A DNA stretch of 64,000 nucleotides, from positions 744,001 to 808,000 of the forward strand of contig OZ218952.1 in assembly GCA_965112735.1 (NCBI GenBank), in the 5' to 3' direction. Source of the stretch: Phaeosaccion multiseriatum. Taxonomy: Eukaryota > Protista > Ochrophyta, other classes. Below are positions 1-13,368 of this stretch, one piece after another. The translations under genes and the position numbers were made by a program. Every line of letters begins with the position of its first letter. The stretch's first letter is position 1. The notes under the pieces are model-generated. The model was not told the DNA's origin and did no database searches. It saw only the letters and a list, made by a program, of their open reading frames with translations.

Positions 1-171
1 CCTGCACAAGGAGCTGGGCATGAGGTGGCCGCCCTCCGATCCTCTCGGGCCACCGCCACCACCCCTACTGCTCGCAACCTCGCTGCTTCAATCAGCCGGG
101 GACCGGAGTGGAACGGCGGGACGGCGTTCAAAACTCCAGTATGGACGGGAGAAAGGAGCAATGGCGGCGGC

Positions 172-222
<51 letters not shown>

Positions 223-344
223 AAGAGTAGGGCGGAGCTGAGGGCGGAAAACAAGAAGCTAGGTCTGGCTACGGTGAAGGGCAGCGGTGGCCGCGGCACC
301 ACCGCCACCACCACCACCACCACCACTACCACCACCACCACCAC

Positions 345-379
<35 letters not shown>

Positions 380-2641
380 GTGGTAAGAGTACGGAGCAGT
401 TGAAGGTGGAGAAGAGCACCCTGGGTCTGGGAACGACAGCGGGGTTGGGCAAAGAGAGGGAAGGGGGGGCGAAAGGCAGCAAGAAGCAGGACAAGGAGAA
501 GCAGCAGCCATCCTTTGGGAAGAAGGAGCAGCAGGGTAGCAGGAAGGAACGAGCAAGGCCTCCGCTTCCTCCACCCACAGGGCCTTCCCGAGCCAGAGGA
601 CGGGGTCGAAAGCGACCCAGGCCGGCTGACAGCGTCACGTGTTCTGACGCGGACGATTCTTTTGACGAGGATGCCCTGCACGACAACGATTTCGACGAGG
701 ACGACATCGACGGCCTAGACGGCTTGTCTGACCTGTGGGAGGACAATGAGGAGAAGGAGAAGGAGGAGGAGGAGGAGGAGGAGGAGGAGGAGGAGGGGGG
801 GGGGTCGGCAGCCAAGGGGAGGGGGGGGGGGAAGGGGAAGGGGAGGGGGATGGGAGATGGAGCCAAGGACTCTGTAGAAGGAGGGGGAGGAGGGGCAGCA
901 TTGAGACCAAGGAGGAGTCGTCGCCTGGTGAATTACAACGTCGATAGGAGTAAGTATGGGGACGAGGATGAGGAGGAGAGGTTGCTGAAGGAGGCGGAGA
1001 GTCAGAAGAAGGCGGAAGTGAGCTATAACAACACGCTGAGTCAAGAAGAGGCTTTGGAGGCGGCGCTGCAGGCGTCTCTGGAAGATGTGGCGCGCAAGGG
1101 TGATGAGAACGGGGGTGGAGAGGTGCGCTTGTTGAGCACAAGAAGCAGCGGAAGCAAACGCAGCACATGCAGGAGCAGAAGCAGGAGCTGCAACCGGAGC
1201 GGTGGCAGTAGCAGTGGCGCGGGTAGGAAGGGCCGGGCAAGGGATGCGGATGTGAGAGAGGACCAGGGAAAGGAGGAAGAGTATGATGGAGATAACAGGC
1301 GGAAGAGGAGGCGGAGGGGGGAAGGTGGCACAGACAGCGAGAAGGAGCCCAAGGACAAAGATAGAGACAGATCGAGGAGGAAGGAGAAGGAGAAGAGTCG
1401 GAGGAGGGAGAAGAAAAGGAAGAAGGAGAAGAGGAAGGGAAAAGACCGGAAAAGAGAGGAAGAAGGAGAAGAGAGGGGTCGGAAGGACGACAAGAAGAGG
1501 AGAAGAGAGAAAGATGGTGAGAGGAGCCGCCACCATCACCGCCGCCACGATCGCCATCACAAAGACAGAAGGGAGGAGCGAGAGGAGGGACGTGAAACTG
1601 TCACTGGGGAGGGGAAAGGAAGCACGTGGCCTGACACCAAGGAGAGGGGTAGAAGAGGTGGGAGGGAGGCTGAGACTCGGATGGAAGGAGTGAAGGGAAC
1701 GGAGGGCAGGAGTGAGGAACGGCCGAGTGGTGCGAGTGTACATGAAGGGAATGGGTGCTCAACCTCTCCACCAGGAAGGGGGGGGGCGGGAGGTGTAGTA
1801 GGTGGAGAGCAACAGCGGCAGCAACGGGGGCTCTCTGCTAGGGAGGTAATGCTCGAAGGCGGACGGCACGCAGCGGGAGGAGGAGGAGGGGGAGGAGCAG
1901 GAGGGGGAGGAGCAGGAGCAGGAGGAGAAGCAGGAGGGGAGGGACGAGGAGGAGACGGAGGAGGAGGAGGAGGAGGAGAAGAAGCACGAGGAAACGGAGG
2001 AGCAGCAGCAGCAGGAGCAGCAGTAGCAGTTGCAGTAGCAGCAGCAGCAGGAGGAGGAGGAGGAGGAGGAGGAGGAGGAGGAGGAGGAGGAGGAGGAGGC
2101 GGCGGCAGCACAGCCTACGCGCGTGTAGCCAAACTCTACGAGGAAGTGGTGGTGAAGTCGCGGGTCAGGCTCAGGGACCGCGAAGACGTAAGTGGCACAC
2201 ACGCACGCACGTACACAATCACACACACACACACACACACACACATTCACCATTGAGTGAACCTCTGGCGCGGTATATCGATGGACAGGAGGGCGTATGG
2301 GAGGAAGATGTCGGTGCTGTTTGTGTGTTGTTGCCACTTTCACCTTGTCTTCCAGTCCTCCCCTGCTCCTCCTCCCCCTTCCCCTCCCACCACCTTCCTT
2401 TCTACTTCTAATTCTTTACTTGTACTACCTACCCCCGTTCCTCTGCCGTCGTCGTCCATTCATTCGCCTCTCTCTGCAGTCGGGCCGCTTCCTGAGCAGG
2501 ATTAAAGTCAGGACGCAGGGAGGGGAGTGGGTGCCTGTACGGGTTTCCGACGCCAATATGAGTTTGAAGGAGCTTGCTGCTCACGTTGGCAGCCGTGAGT
2601 TCGGAGTCATACACAAGCGCTACGTGGGAGGAGGGGTTTGA
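1..2641 (+). CDS. 5'-truncated low-complexity (S/G/T/E/K/R-rich) protein with a UIM-like motif; exons <1-2187 and 2480-2641
   Basis: The frame is open from position 1. Donor GAC|GTAAGT at 2188 and pyrimidine tract plus CTGCAG| acceptor at 2479 give a phase-0 join (VRLRDRED-SGRFLSRIKVR...YVGGGV*, TGA 2639-2641). SQEEALEAALQASLED resembles a ubiquitin-interacting motif. Function unknown. Confidence 0.7.
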
Positions 2642-3273
2642 TGTCGCAGGAGCAGGAAGAGGCGGAGAAGGAGGTGGAGGAGCAGGGGAGCAGGGGGGGG
2701 GGGGGGGGGGCAGGGCATTGGAGGAGCACCGGGAGCAATGGAGGGAACTACGGCCTCTCTCTCTCGCCCTCCCTCGCTCGTGCGTTCTCTTTCTCTCTCT
2801 CGCTCTTTCAATTAGTAGTGACGAGAGCTACTGGAGGAGAGAGCGACGAGGAGAGGGGTTTCAGTGCTGTGGGGAGGAAGACTTGTCGAATGTAAATAGT
2901 TGGAACTGACTTGGTTGGTAAGTAGGTGGGGGGGTTGGTATGAATACGTATATATGTTTAGAACACATTTTGACGCCAAAATGTATCAATCAATCAATAG
3001 AAAGGATATACAAAAGCAAGTGGTGTGGGAGGGAACCTCCAACCTATGTATATGTATATATATATCAAAAAAATTAAATCCCTGCTCTGCCCTGCGTCCT
3101 CTCGGAAGCACAGCAAACAGGTAGGATGCGCGCGTGGGTATGTGTGCGGTGTGTTTGCCTTTTGGATTGGATTTCATGCTGTCTTACGAGCACCAAACAC
3201 AAAGCTCTTGACTACTTTAATCACTTTATGGCCGAAAGCAGGGCTCAACACATTGAACATGACATTGAACATA

Positions 3274-3384
3274 TCACTTCATGGCCGAAAGTAACGTCTT
3301 CCAAACGAGCTCAGTCTCCACCTTGCTGGCGGAGAGCTTCATGTCCCGCTGTGGTGAGCATCAGGGAGGGAGAGTTCAGAGTAG

Positions 3385-3434
<50 letters not shown>

Positions 3435-3790
3435 AATGATAGAGAGTTAACAGGAGATCATTTCATGGGAGGGATGTGTGTGTGTGTGGGGGGGGATGAA
3501 GGAGTACAACAGCAAGACAACATTATCAAAACAAACAGAACAGAGAGCGAAAGCCCCCCTTTTACATATATATTTTCATATACATATACATATATCCCTC
3601 AAAGCATTAACCAACCTTATTGAGGGCCCTCTTGGTGACGGCGATGAGTTGGTGAAGCTGACGTAAAGCCTCATTCTTCTCCCTTTCCACCGCCTCCAGC
3701 TTCAGTCGCTCCTGCGCCATTTGAATGCGGCCGAGGCGTGCATCTGGCCCGTACGTACGTACACACACAGAGCATACCATTTCACGTAAG

Positions 3791-3833
<43 letters not shown>

Positions 3834-4295
3834 AGTAGGCAGGCAGACAGGCTAATCAGGCAGGCAGACAGGAGACAGGCTAATCAGACAAGGACATGGA
3901 CATAAACACGCATATGGGCAGGCAGACAGACAGGCTAATCAGGTAGGCAGATGGGGCAGGCCACAGACAGCAGACACACTGGAGAGCCACAGCCAAGTAG
4001 GAGGGCAGGGGGGGGAAGGATGCTCCATGTACCTCTACAGACATTCGATGAAGGGTTGTTTGTGGCTGTCTGTTCACGTAATGAGTACACACACAGCCAC
4101 AGACAGACACACAGACACCTACCCATACACAGGCACAGACACACCCACACCCACCCCTACCTACCCACCCACCCACACACACACCCACCCACACCACACA
4201 CCCACACATACCTGTTTGTGCCTTTTCGAGCTGTGCCTCAAGTTCTTCCACTTGGTGACCGCCGTACACATGTTGGCGACGCTGGAGCGGCCGGT

Positions 4296-4326
<31 letters not shown>

Positions 4327-7300
4327 CTGTATCACCAACTGCTCTGGCTGCGGTGGCACTCTCTGGCTCGAGGACCGTAGATCTATATAGTGCTCCACCC
4401 CCGGGTCGAAGCCGAAGGCCATTCGTCCCGTGTGCCCCATGCGGGTTGGCGACGACGGTGGTGGAGGGCCATCTGCTGCTGCTGCTGCTGCTTGCGATGC
4501 TGCTGTTGCTGTTGCTGCTGCTACTGCTGCAGCTGTGGAATTGTGATGGTACGAGCGAGGGGAGGGTGAAGCGGAGGCAGCAGCAGCAGCGGCGGCAGCT
4601 GGAGGGGGTAGGTGTTGGTGGTACAGGTCGTCGAAGCTGAGGTCGTTGGAGATGAGTTCTGTAACGCCACCCGTGTCACCGGCGAGGGCTTTGGTTAGCA
4701 GTGCCTCTCGGAACTCTTGCCTGCCCTGAAGTGACTTGAGTGAATGCACCGCCAGCACCAGAGCATCCCTTGCTCGCACCGAGTGGGTAGGGGAGAGAGA
4801 GAGAGAGAGAGAAGAGGTGGATGGGAAGGGAAGGGCACGCACCGAGTGGGTAGGGGAGAGAGAGAGAGAGAAGAGGTGGATGGGAAGGGAAGGGCACGCA
4901 CCAAGTGGGTAGGGGAGAGAGAGAGAGAGAAGAGGTGGATGGGAAGGGAAGGGCAGGGGGGTGGAAGGGAGAGGAGGTGGGTGGAAAGAAAGAGGGTAGA
5001 AGGGAAGGAAAGGGAAGGGGAAGGGGAGGGGAAGGAGAGTGAAGAGGAGGAGGCCCACCGGGGGAGAAGCAAACGGTCCCGTCAGAGGCCGAACGACAAA
5101 TACACTGGGCAGCAGCGGGGACGTGCGTGCGTGCGTGTGTGGGTGCGCGCGGGTTGGGAGTAGAGGGGAAGGGGCACTATATGGCACTATATGGCACTGC
5201 ATTGCGCATTGTACCTTTCGCCGCCTCACGACTTTGATTGAACTGAAAATACATGTAAAGAGCCACTGAGCCTTGCCTTGTCTGTCAGCCTGCCTACTCC
5301 CCTCCCCACCCCCTCGGGCCGTCTCACAGTTTCAGTTTCTTAGGTGATTACTATTAAGTCAATAAAAAACCCCCTCAGCTCTCACCTCTGCTTGGTTGTT
5401 TCCTTTAGCCTCTCTCTGTAGGCGGTGGCCTTTCCAGCCTTCTCCTTGAGACCAGCGCTCTCCTTGGACAGTTGATGCATCTTATGCTGTCAGTACAGGA
5501 CATGCGTCCAGAGAGAGAGAGAGAGAGAGAAGGAGAGAAAGAGAGAAAAAAAGGAGGAGGAGGGAGAGAAAGAGAGAGAGATTGAGGGGGGTATAGAGAG
5601 AGACCAGAGGGAAACACAGATAGAGGGAGGGAGAGGGAGAGATAGAGAAGGAGAGAAGAGAAAGAAAGAGCGAGAGAGGAAAGGAGACAGAGAGAGACCA
5701 GAGGGAAACAAATGTATGGGTGGTGTAAGAGGGCGGGGGGGAGCGGGCGCTGCACTAATCAGTCCTGTGTGTGGCGACTGATGATGGGTATCGGAGTAGT
5801 CGATCAACCCAACCTGAGGACCGCCCCTCCCCCTCTGTCTATCCCTCCTTCTCTCACATGCACACACACACACACACACACTCTCTCTCTCTCTCTCTCC
5901 CTCTCTCATCATGTGTGCATCTCTGTGACTCTCTGTGCCCACCTGCACCCCCCTTAGCTTGTGCTCCCACTCGCTCTTGAGCTTGGCCAAGCGATGGCTA
6001 TGTCTGAGCCACTCCTTCTTCTCGCTCTCTAACTTCGCCCGTATCTGGTACGTGCGGAGGGTGTGTGTGTGAGAGAGAGAGAGGGAGAGGAAGAGAGAGA
6101 GGAGGGCGAGAGAGAGGGGGGGAGAGAGAGAGGAGAGGGAGACAGATAGGAGAGGGAGAGAGAAGAGAGGAGAGGGAGAAAGGGAGACAGCGATGAGAGA
6201 GAGGAGGAGAGGGAGTGAAGGGAGAGACAGAGGAAGAGAGAGAGGAGAGGCAGGAGGAGGTAGATGCCGCATGTAGTAGAGCAGGAGCAGGCAGGCAAGC
6301 GAACAATTCCAAGGCGCTGAGGGCCATGTCAGTCCCTCCCTTGAGAGTTGTCTACGAGCATGTCAACGAGCCACGCAGTCCATGCGTTATCCTCCATACG
6401 CCTGAGTGCCGTACTCCTGCTCGCCGGTGGATCGAGCCGACTCTTCTTTCGCTCTCTCTCTGTGTCTCTCTATGCACACCTCCTTGCGGGATGCTCCTCG
6501 TACTGGGCTCGTCTGCTGCCATCTACAGTAGTGCCATCTTCACCTCACCTTTGAGTCATTCGCGCCTTTGCCCACCCTCTCCTCCAATTGCGCGACCTTC
6601 TCTCTTTCTGCCGAGAGCCTCGATTCGAGCTCTCCCCGCTCCCACCGCAGAGTCTTGACCTGTTCAATAAGCCGCACGGCCATTCCCTACCATTGGTGAT
6701 GACACGTTGGTAGTACGGGTATACAAGCAGCAGCAGTTGGTGATAAAGACGTGGCAGGAGTGAGGATGCAGGGAGTTAAGTGGTAAGTGGTGTAAGTGAT
6801 GGTACACGCGCAGAAGAGGTAAGGGCATCGGCATCAGACCATCACGAGTCATATGGACAGAAGCGAGAGGGGAGAGCCAACAAAAGGGGGCCACAACTGA
6901 AACCCTCAAAAGACACAGGGTAGAGGAAAAGGGTCAACAAGGAGAGGAAAAGGTTCAGCGAGGAGAAAAAGAAGTGTCAGCGAGGAGGGGAAAACGGTCA
7001 GCGAGGAGAGGATCAGCGCGAGCATGCTGGCGTCTCTCCGCCCCCCCTCTCTCTTTCTCTCACCGAGGCTTCATCCGTCCAGCTCTGGAAGTTCCTAGTG
7101 TCTCCTAGAGCGTGTATGGCCGTTAAAGGATCCACGTCCTCTCTATCCTCCAAGGAGTCGAGTCCGTTCCTGCTCTCCCCGCTTCCGAAGCTGCTGCCCC
7201 CCCCCCCCCCCCCCCCCCTCCTCCCCCTCCTCCTCCTCCTCCTGCGCCCGGTGCGCCTGATCCTCTTGCTCCGTGCCCGCCCCCCACGTCCATTTGGTCC

Positions 7301-7914
7301 TTCCCCTCGATTCCCTCACCGCCAGCCACCCCACCCCCCTCGATGTGGCGCATCTGATCCAGCAGCATTGCTGAGGAGGCGAAGGGGCCCCGTCTCTGTT
7401 GCTGCTGGTGCGAGGATGCCCCACCACCACTCATCCCTTCTTCTCTCCCTCCACCTCCGCCAAATCGGTGTGTGTCATTGCCGCCTGCGATAGAGGAGGA
7501 GTGCCTTCCTCTTCCACCTCCCAGATAGTTAGCAGGATGTGGTGGTCTCTCGCTCTGCTCGTCATGCTGCTGCTGCTGCTGATTGTGGTGGTGGTGGTAG
7601 CGTTCCATCGATGGTGAGGAGCGCGGCGACGGCGACCTCCGTCTACTGGCACCAAGAAAGGAGCTACGAATCAAGCTGTTCGTACTGAGGCCACCACGAC
7701 CGCCTCCCCCTCCTCCTCCTCCTGCCCCTCCTCCATACTTGCTGCTACCACCACTGCTGCTACCTGGCCTTGGAGACATTAGCTGGATGCGCTCGAGCTC
7801 CTCACGCGTGCGCCACAGCTCTGCTCGCAACTCACCAAGCCCCGGCATGTGAGACTGGCTGCGTGTGCCATCAGCCGCAGCCGAGGAAAGGGCATTTTGA
7901 GGGGAGGCCGTCAT
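3274..7914 (-). CDS. Hypothetical coiled-coil protein, 7 exons: 7064-7914 (frameshift at C22 run 7197-7218), 6549-6659, 5943-6044, 5386-5486, 4212-4768, 3616-3743, 3274-3348
   Basis: All joins are GT-AG and phase-consistent: ...WTDEAS|VKTLRWERGELESRLSAERE...DSK|IRAKLESEKKEW...GVQ|HKMHQLSKE...TKQR|DALVLAVHSLK...AQT|DARLGRIQMAQERLKLE...LNK|RDMKLSASKVETELVWKTLLSAMK*. The E/K/L/R-rich segments look helical. The start codon and last exon are less certain (alternative stop at 3607). Confidence 0.7.
4775..4955. repeat. Tandem triplication of a ~60-bp unit directly upstream of the acceptor at 4769
   Basis: GCACCGAGTGGGTAGGG(GA)nAGAGGTGGATGGGAAGGGAAGGGCA occurs three times. Confidence 0.85.
5330..5366. 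repeat. Dispersed 37-bp AT-rich element, copy 1 (intronic)
   Basis: TTTCAGTTTCTTAGGTGATTACTATTAAGTCAATAAA is 36/37 identical to 19777-19813. Confidence 0.85.
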
Positions 7915-8472
<558 letters not shown>

Positions 8473-9177
8473 ATGCTGCGCCATTTCTGGAATCCTTTCT
8501 TTAGTAGCGGGGCGGAGGGAGAAGCAGGAGAAGGAGCAGGAGCAGGAGCAGGAGAAGAAGCCGCAGAAGCACCAGAAGAAGCAGAGGAGAAGGGAGAAAG
8601 GGATGGGGCAGCAACAGCGGTAAGACAAGAGCTCGAACAGAAGGGGGGATCCCATAAGAGTCCCAGTCGCAAGAAGACCCCTCCTCTTGCTGCTGCTCTT
8701 ACTGCCCCTGCTTCTGCACGCGGTCCGAGAGTTGGGCGGAACGGCGGGAAGGAGAAGGAGCCACAGAGAAGCAAGCAACCGAGGAATGGCAAACGCTCGT
8801 CTTCACCGGCACCATCTGGCGCAGGAGGAGCAACCACGCGGTCGGGACCAGCGGTAGATGGGAAGAAAGCTCACCCGAATAAAAGTCTCAAGGCAAACGC
8901 AAAGCAAGCCGCTGGAGCGGGGAGCAGCAGCAGAGGAGGGGCGAGGCAGGGAACAGTAGCAGCGGCGGCGTCAAAAGTGCCCGGAGGAAATGTCGTGAAG
9001 GCAAGCAGCAGCAGAAGCAACAGCAAAGATCCTCAAAGCTCAGATCGGGCCCGCAGGAGTGGGGAAGGAGGAGGGAAGCGTGAGGGAAAGAAAGAGGGCA
9101 ACGAAGTACTGCCGCTTGCGGGAGAGACGAGAGGCGGGCGCAGGCAGCGATCAAAGAGTAGAGAGAATGGGAGGCAG

Positions 9178-9216
<39 letters not shown>

Positions 9217-9852
9217 ACAGCAGTAACAGCAGCAGCAGCTCCACCAAAGGGAGGAGGACGCGCAGGGCGGGGAGGTAAGAGTGGTGCAACAGGGAGCGGA
9301 ACGAAGAGGAAGAACCGCGCAGAGGAGAATAGCGTGACCGAGAATAGCGTGACCAAGGGGACGAAGAAGAAGAACCCACACGCCGCCTCAGACGCGACAG
9401 CTACGCCGGAAGGGAGTGCGCTGATGGCGGCAGAGAGAAGAGCTGCTGCTGATTGCGTCAATGTTGGTGATGGGAGCAAGAAGAGGGGAATCAAAGAGTC
9501 TAGAGCATGTGCGTCCCCAGTGCCAGCAGCAGGTGCTGTCGAGGGCAGGACCAGGAAAGACCAAGTACAGAGGAAGGAGGAGAGGAGTCAGGAGGACGGT
9601 CGAAGGAAGGGCAGCAGCGCTACTGATCGTGTGCAACAGGGGTCGAAGCAGACGAAGAGTAAGCCTGGCGTGGAGGGTGGCACCTCTGCAACTTGTGCTG
9701 GTGCTGATGCTGTTGCTCGTGATACCACCACTCAGAGGCCACATGGACAGAAGAGAGCAGGCCCCTCGCAGCAGCAGCAGCAGCAGGAGGAGGAGGAGGA
9801 GGAGGAGGGGGAGGAGGAGGAGGGGGAGGAGGAGGAGGGGGAGGAGGAGGAG

Positions 9853-9894
<42 letters not shown>

Positions 9895-11184
9895 GTGCAG
9901 AGGACGATTCGAGCTACGTCAAGAGGGAAGGCACGGGCCACGCATGAACCTCTCCTTCGAGCATCGTTTGGTATCGAGGGAAGCGGGAGGGTCAATGACA
10001 AAGGAAAGGGACGAGGGAAAAGGGAAGGACGAAGTTGCTCGTCACGAAGTTGCTCGTCCTCCCCCTCGCCGGGCCCCAAGGGCGGTAGAAAGAGGGGTCG
10101 GCGTGTGGAGGCTGTTGAAGTTAGCCCAGGGGTGGAAGGGGACGGAGAGCAGCAGCGACATAAGGAGGCGGAACAGCAGTCAAGGAGGACAAGGAAGGAG
10201 AGGAATGAGGGACACAGCGCACGTAAGCGAGTAGCCAACGCCCCTGCAGAGGCAGCAGCAGTGGGTGCGATTGAACTTGCGGATCGAGAACAAGTAGCTC
10301 GGACGGAGGAGGAAGACGAGGCAGCAGTAGAGCATGGGACAGTCAACGAGGCGGGCGATGAGGCAGCGGCGTCATCGTCGTCAGCTGTGGGTGTAGAAAT
10401 GGAAGAAAGAGCTGGATCCGGAGGCAGGGAGCGAGCGAATGAGTCAGTACCAGGAGGAGGAGGAGGAGAGGGGGGGGCACAGCAGTGGGCTGCTTATACT
10501 CCAATGGCAGAGGTCCCGATGGAGGTAGGGGAAGGCTCTCCTGCTACCCCTGCTACTGCTGTTGCTGCTGCTGCTTCTACTGGAGGAAGAGGAGGAGGAG
10601 GACGGGAGGGACTGCAACCGGGCTTTGCCATTGCTCCAGTAGCAGACATGCCTGTGGATGCAGGAGAAGCCTCTCCTTCTACTTCTATGGGTACTGAGAC
10701 TACAGCGGCGACTACTGCGGCAATTGCTGCTGCTACTACTGCTACTGCTACTGCTACTGATACTACTGCTCCAACAGCTACTGCTACTACTTCTACAGTT
10801 GCTACTGCTACTGCTACTGCTGATGCTACTACTACTACTACTACTACTACTACTGCTACTACTCCTACAGCTACTAGAGCTACTACTACTGCTCCTGCTA
10901 CTACTACTACTACTACTACTGCTGCTGCTTCTGAAGCTGCAGTTGCTGCCAAAGTGGCGGCATCGGAGAAAGCAGTGCTGCAGCTGATCAACACAGTCAC
11001 AGATGCTGCCGAGACGGACATTCTCAACGACGCCGTGAGTGCTGCGGTCAAGTGGGTGGGGGCTGACGTAGGTGAGGGAGAGCAGCGAGCGAGGGCGGAG
11101 GCGGCGGCTGCTCTGCGGCGCAAAGAGAAGGACGAAAAGCAAGCGCGCGATCTTGTCGTGAACAGGGTGCACATGTTTACATGT

Positions 11185-11222
<38 letters not shown>

Positions 11223-13337
11223 CCTGGACCCCAAGATTGTGTCCTGTTTCGGGGAAGAGGGCATGGGAGGAGAGGGCGTGGGAGTAGGAGTAGTGGGGGG
11301 GTCAAACAGGTCGTTGCGCCTGGTGACTCGCGCAGATGCCAAGCTCACCGCTCTGCACTACTCCATCCTTCACGCAAGGGTCTATCTACGTAGCTCTCAG
11401 GATATCCGCCGAGTGTTTGGGAGGGGACAAGTCGTGGTTCTGTATCATGACTTTTTGCGCCTGCCGGATGGGTGGGGAGGGGGGCAGCTTCATCGACATC
11501 GTTGGCCCCTTCTCCCCACCAACAACAAGAGGCGAAAGAGGGTCTGGAGCGGTGGTAGTAGCAGCAAAGGTGGTGGTGGTGGTGGTGGTGGTGTTGATGG
11601 CGGTGGCGAAGGTGGTGGGGATGGGAGGGGGGCGGGAGGGCGAGGGCGAGGGCGGGAGCGACAGGAGGCACGACGAGTGAGAGAGAGAGAGCGTGCTTCG
11701 GCTTCTTCACACCATCACCATCTCCTTGCAGGTTGTCGTCTGTTTCAGTACCCCGTCATCTGCTTCGTGCAAGAGGGTTCATTCCTCGATGTGCTCGGAG
11801 TGCGTGCGGGAGACGTGCTGTTGAGCATCAATGGTTTGGACATGACCGAGCCGCTGCTCCGTCGACACTCGGGTGGCGGTGATGGTGGTAGTGGTCAGGG
11901 TGGTAGTAAGGGTGCTCCTGCTACTGCTGCTGTATCACCAACTTGTGCTGTTGAGCGGGTCGCCGAGGATGGGCAAGGGTCATCACCTTCTCGTGGAGAG
12001 GAGGAGGAAGAGTACACTCTACCACAACCAGCAGCAGCAGCAGCAGCAGGAGCAGCGGTTGGTGATACAGCAGCAGCAGGTGTTGAATCATTGTCGTCGC
12101 CATCGCCCTTGTTGCCACTCGGCGAGCAGAGAAGGCAGGCCCACACCATCCTTAACAAGGTAGGATGGTGGTGGCGGCGATTGAGCTGCCGTCCCTTCTC
12201 TCGCACTCATCTCTTGCTCTCTGTCTCTCTCTTTCATACACTTCTCTCTCTCTCACCTCTCTCTCCCTCTCTGTATCACACTCACCCGCCTCTCTCGTCC
12301 CTCCCTCGTTGACTCTTGTAATTCATTCACTCGTCCTCTGCACCAGAAACTGACCCTGCTCGAAGGCGAAGTAGAGACGAAAATGGCCGCTCTCCAGGGC
12401 ATGCCCTATCCCGCTCAGATCCACATGTGCCGCTTCTCAGGGCTGTCCTCGGCCCTCGGCGTCTCTAGCGGAGGAAGCATGGGACAGAACAAGAGAAGAA
12501 GGAGGAGCAACACCACCACCTCCACCACCTCCACCACCACCACCACCACTACCACCACTACCACCACCACCATCACTACCAGAAGCAGCAGCAACAGTCA
12601 TATGGGCAGCGGCAGCAACAACAGGAATGTGGCAGAAGAGGGGGAGGATGATGGAGCAGAGGGTAATTTGAATTTGAGTTTGGACGCAGACCTCCTCTCC
12701 CATGCGACGGTCCTTGGGGAACAGAGGAGGGTGCTTGAGGTGAGTGTTTGTGTGCGTGTGTGAGTGTGTGTTTGTGCGTGAGTGTGTGCGTGTGTGAGTG
12801 TGTGTTTGTGCGTGTGTGAGTGAGTATGTGAGTGTGTGCGTGTGTTAGTGTGTTTGTGCATGTGTGAGTGAGTATGTGAGTGTTTGTGTGCGTGTGTGGG
12901 TGTGTGTTTGTGCATGTGTGAGTGAGTATGTGAGTGTGTGCGTGTGTGAGTGTGTGTTTGTGCATGTGTGAGTGAGTATGTGAGTGTGTGCGTGTGTTGG
13001 TGTGTTTGTGCATGTGTGAGTGAGTATGTGAGTGTGTGCGTGTGTGAGTGTGTGTTTGTGCATGTGTGAGTGAGTATGTGAGTGTTTGTGTGAGGGTGTG
13101 AGTGAGTATGTGAGTGAGTGTGTGTTAGTGTGTGTGAATGTGAGTGTGTGTGAGTGTGAGTGTGTGTGAGTGCGTGCGTGAGTGAGTGAGTGGAGAGTGA
13201 GTGCGTGAATGTGAGTGTGTTTGTGTGTTTGTGAGTGTATGTGAGTGTGAGTATTGACTGTGTGTGTTCGTGTGTGTATTTGTGTGATTGTGTGAGTGTG
13301 TGTGTGTGTGAGTGTGTTTGTATGGGTGTGTGAGTGA

Positions 13338-13368
<31 letters not shown>

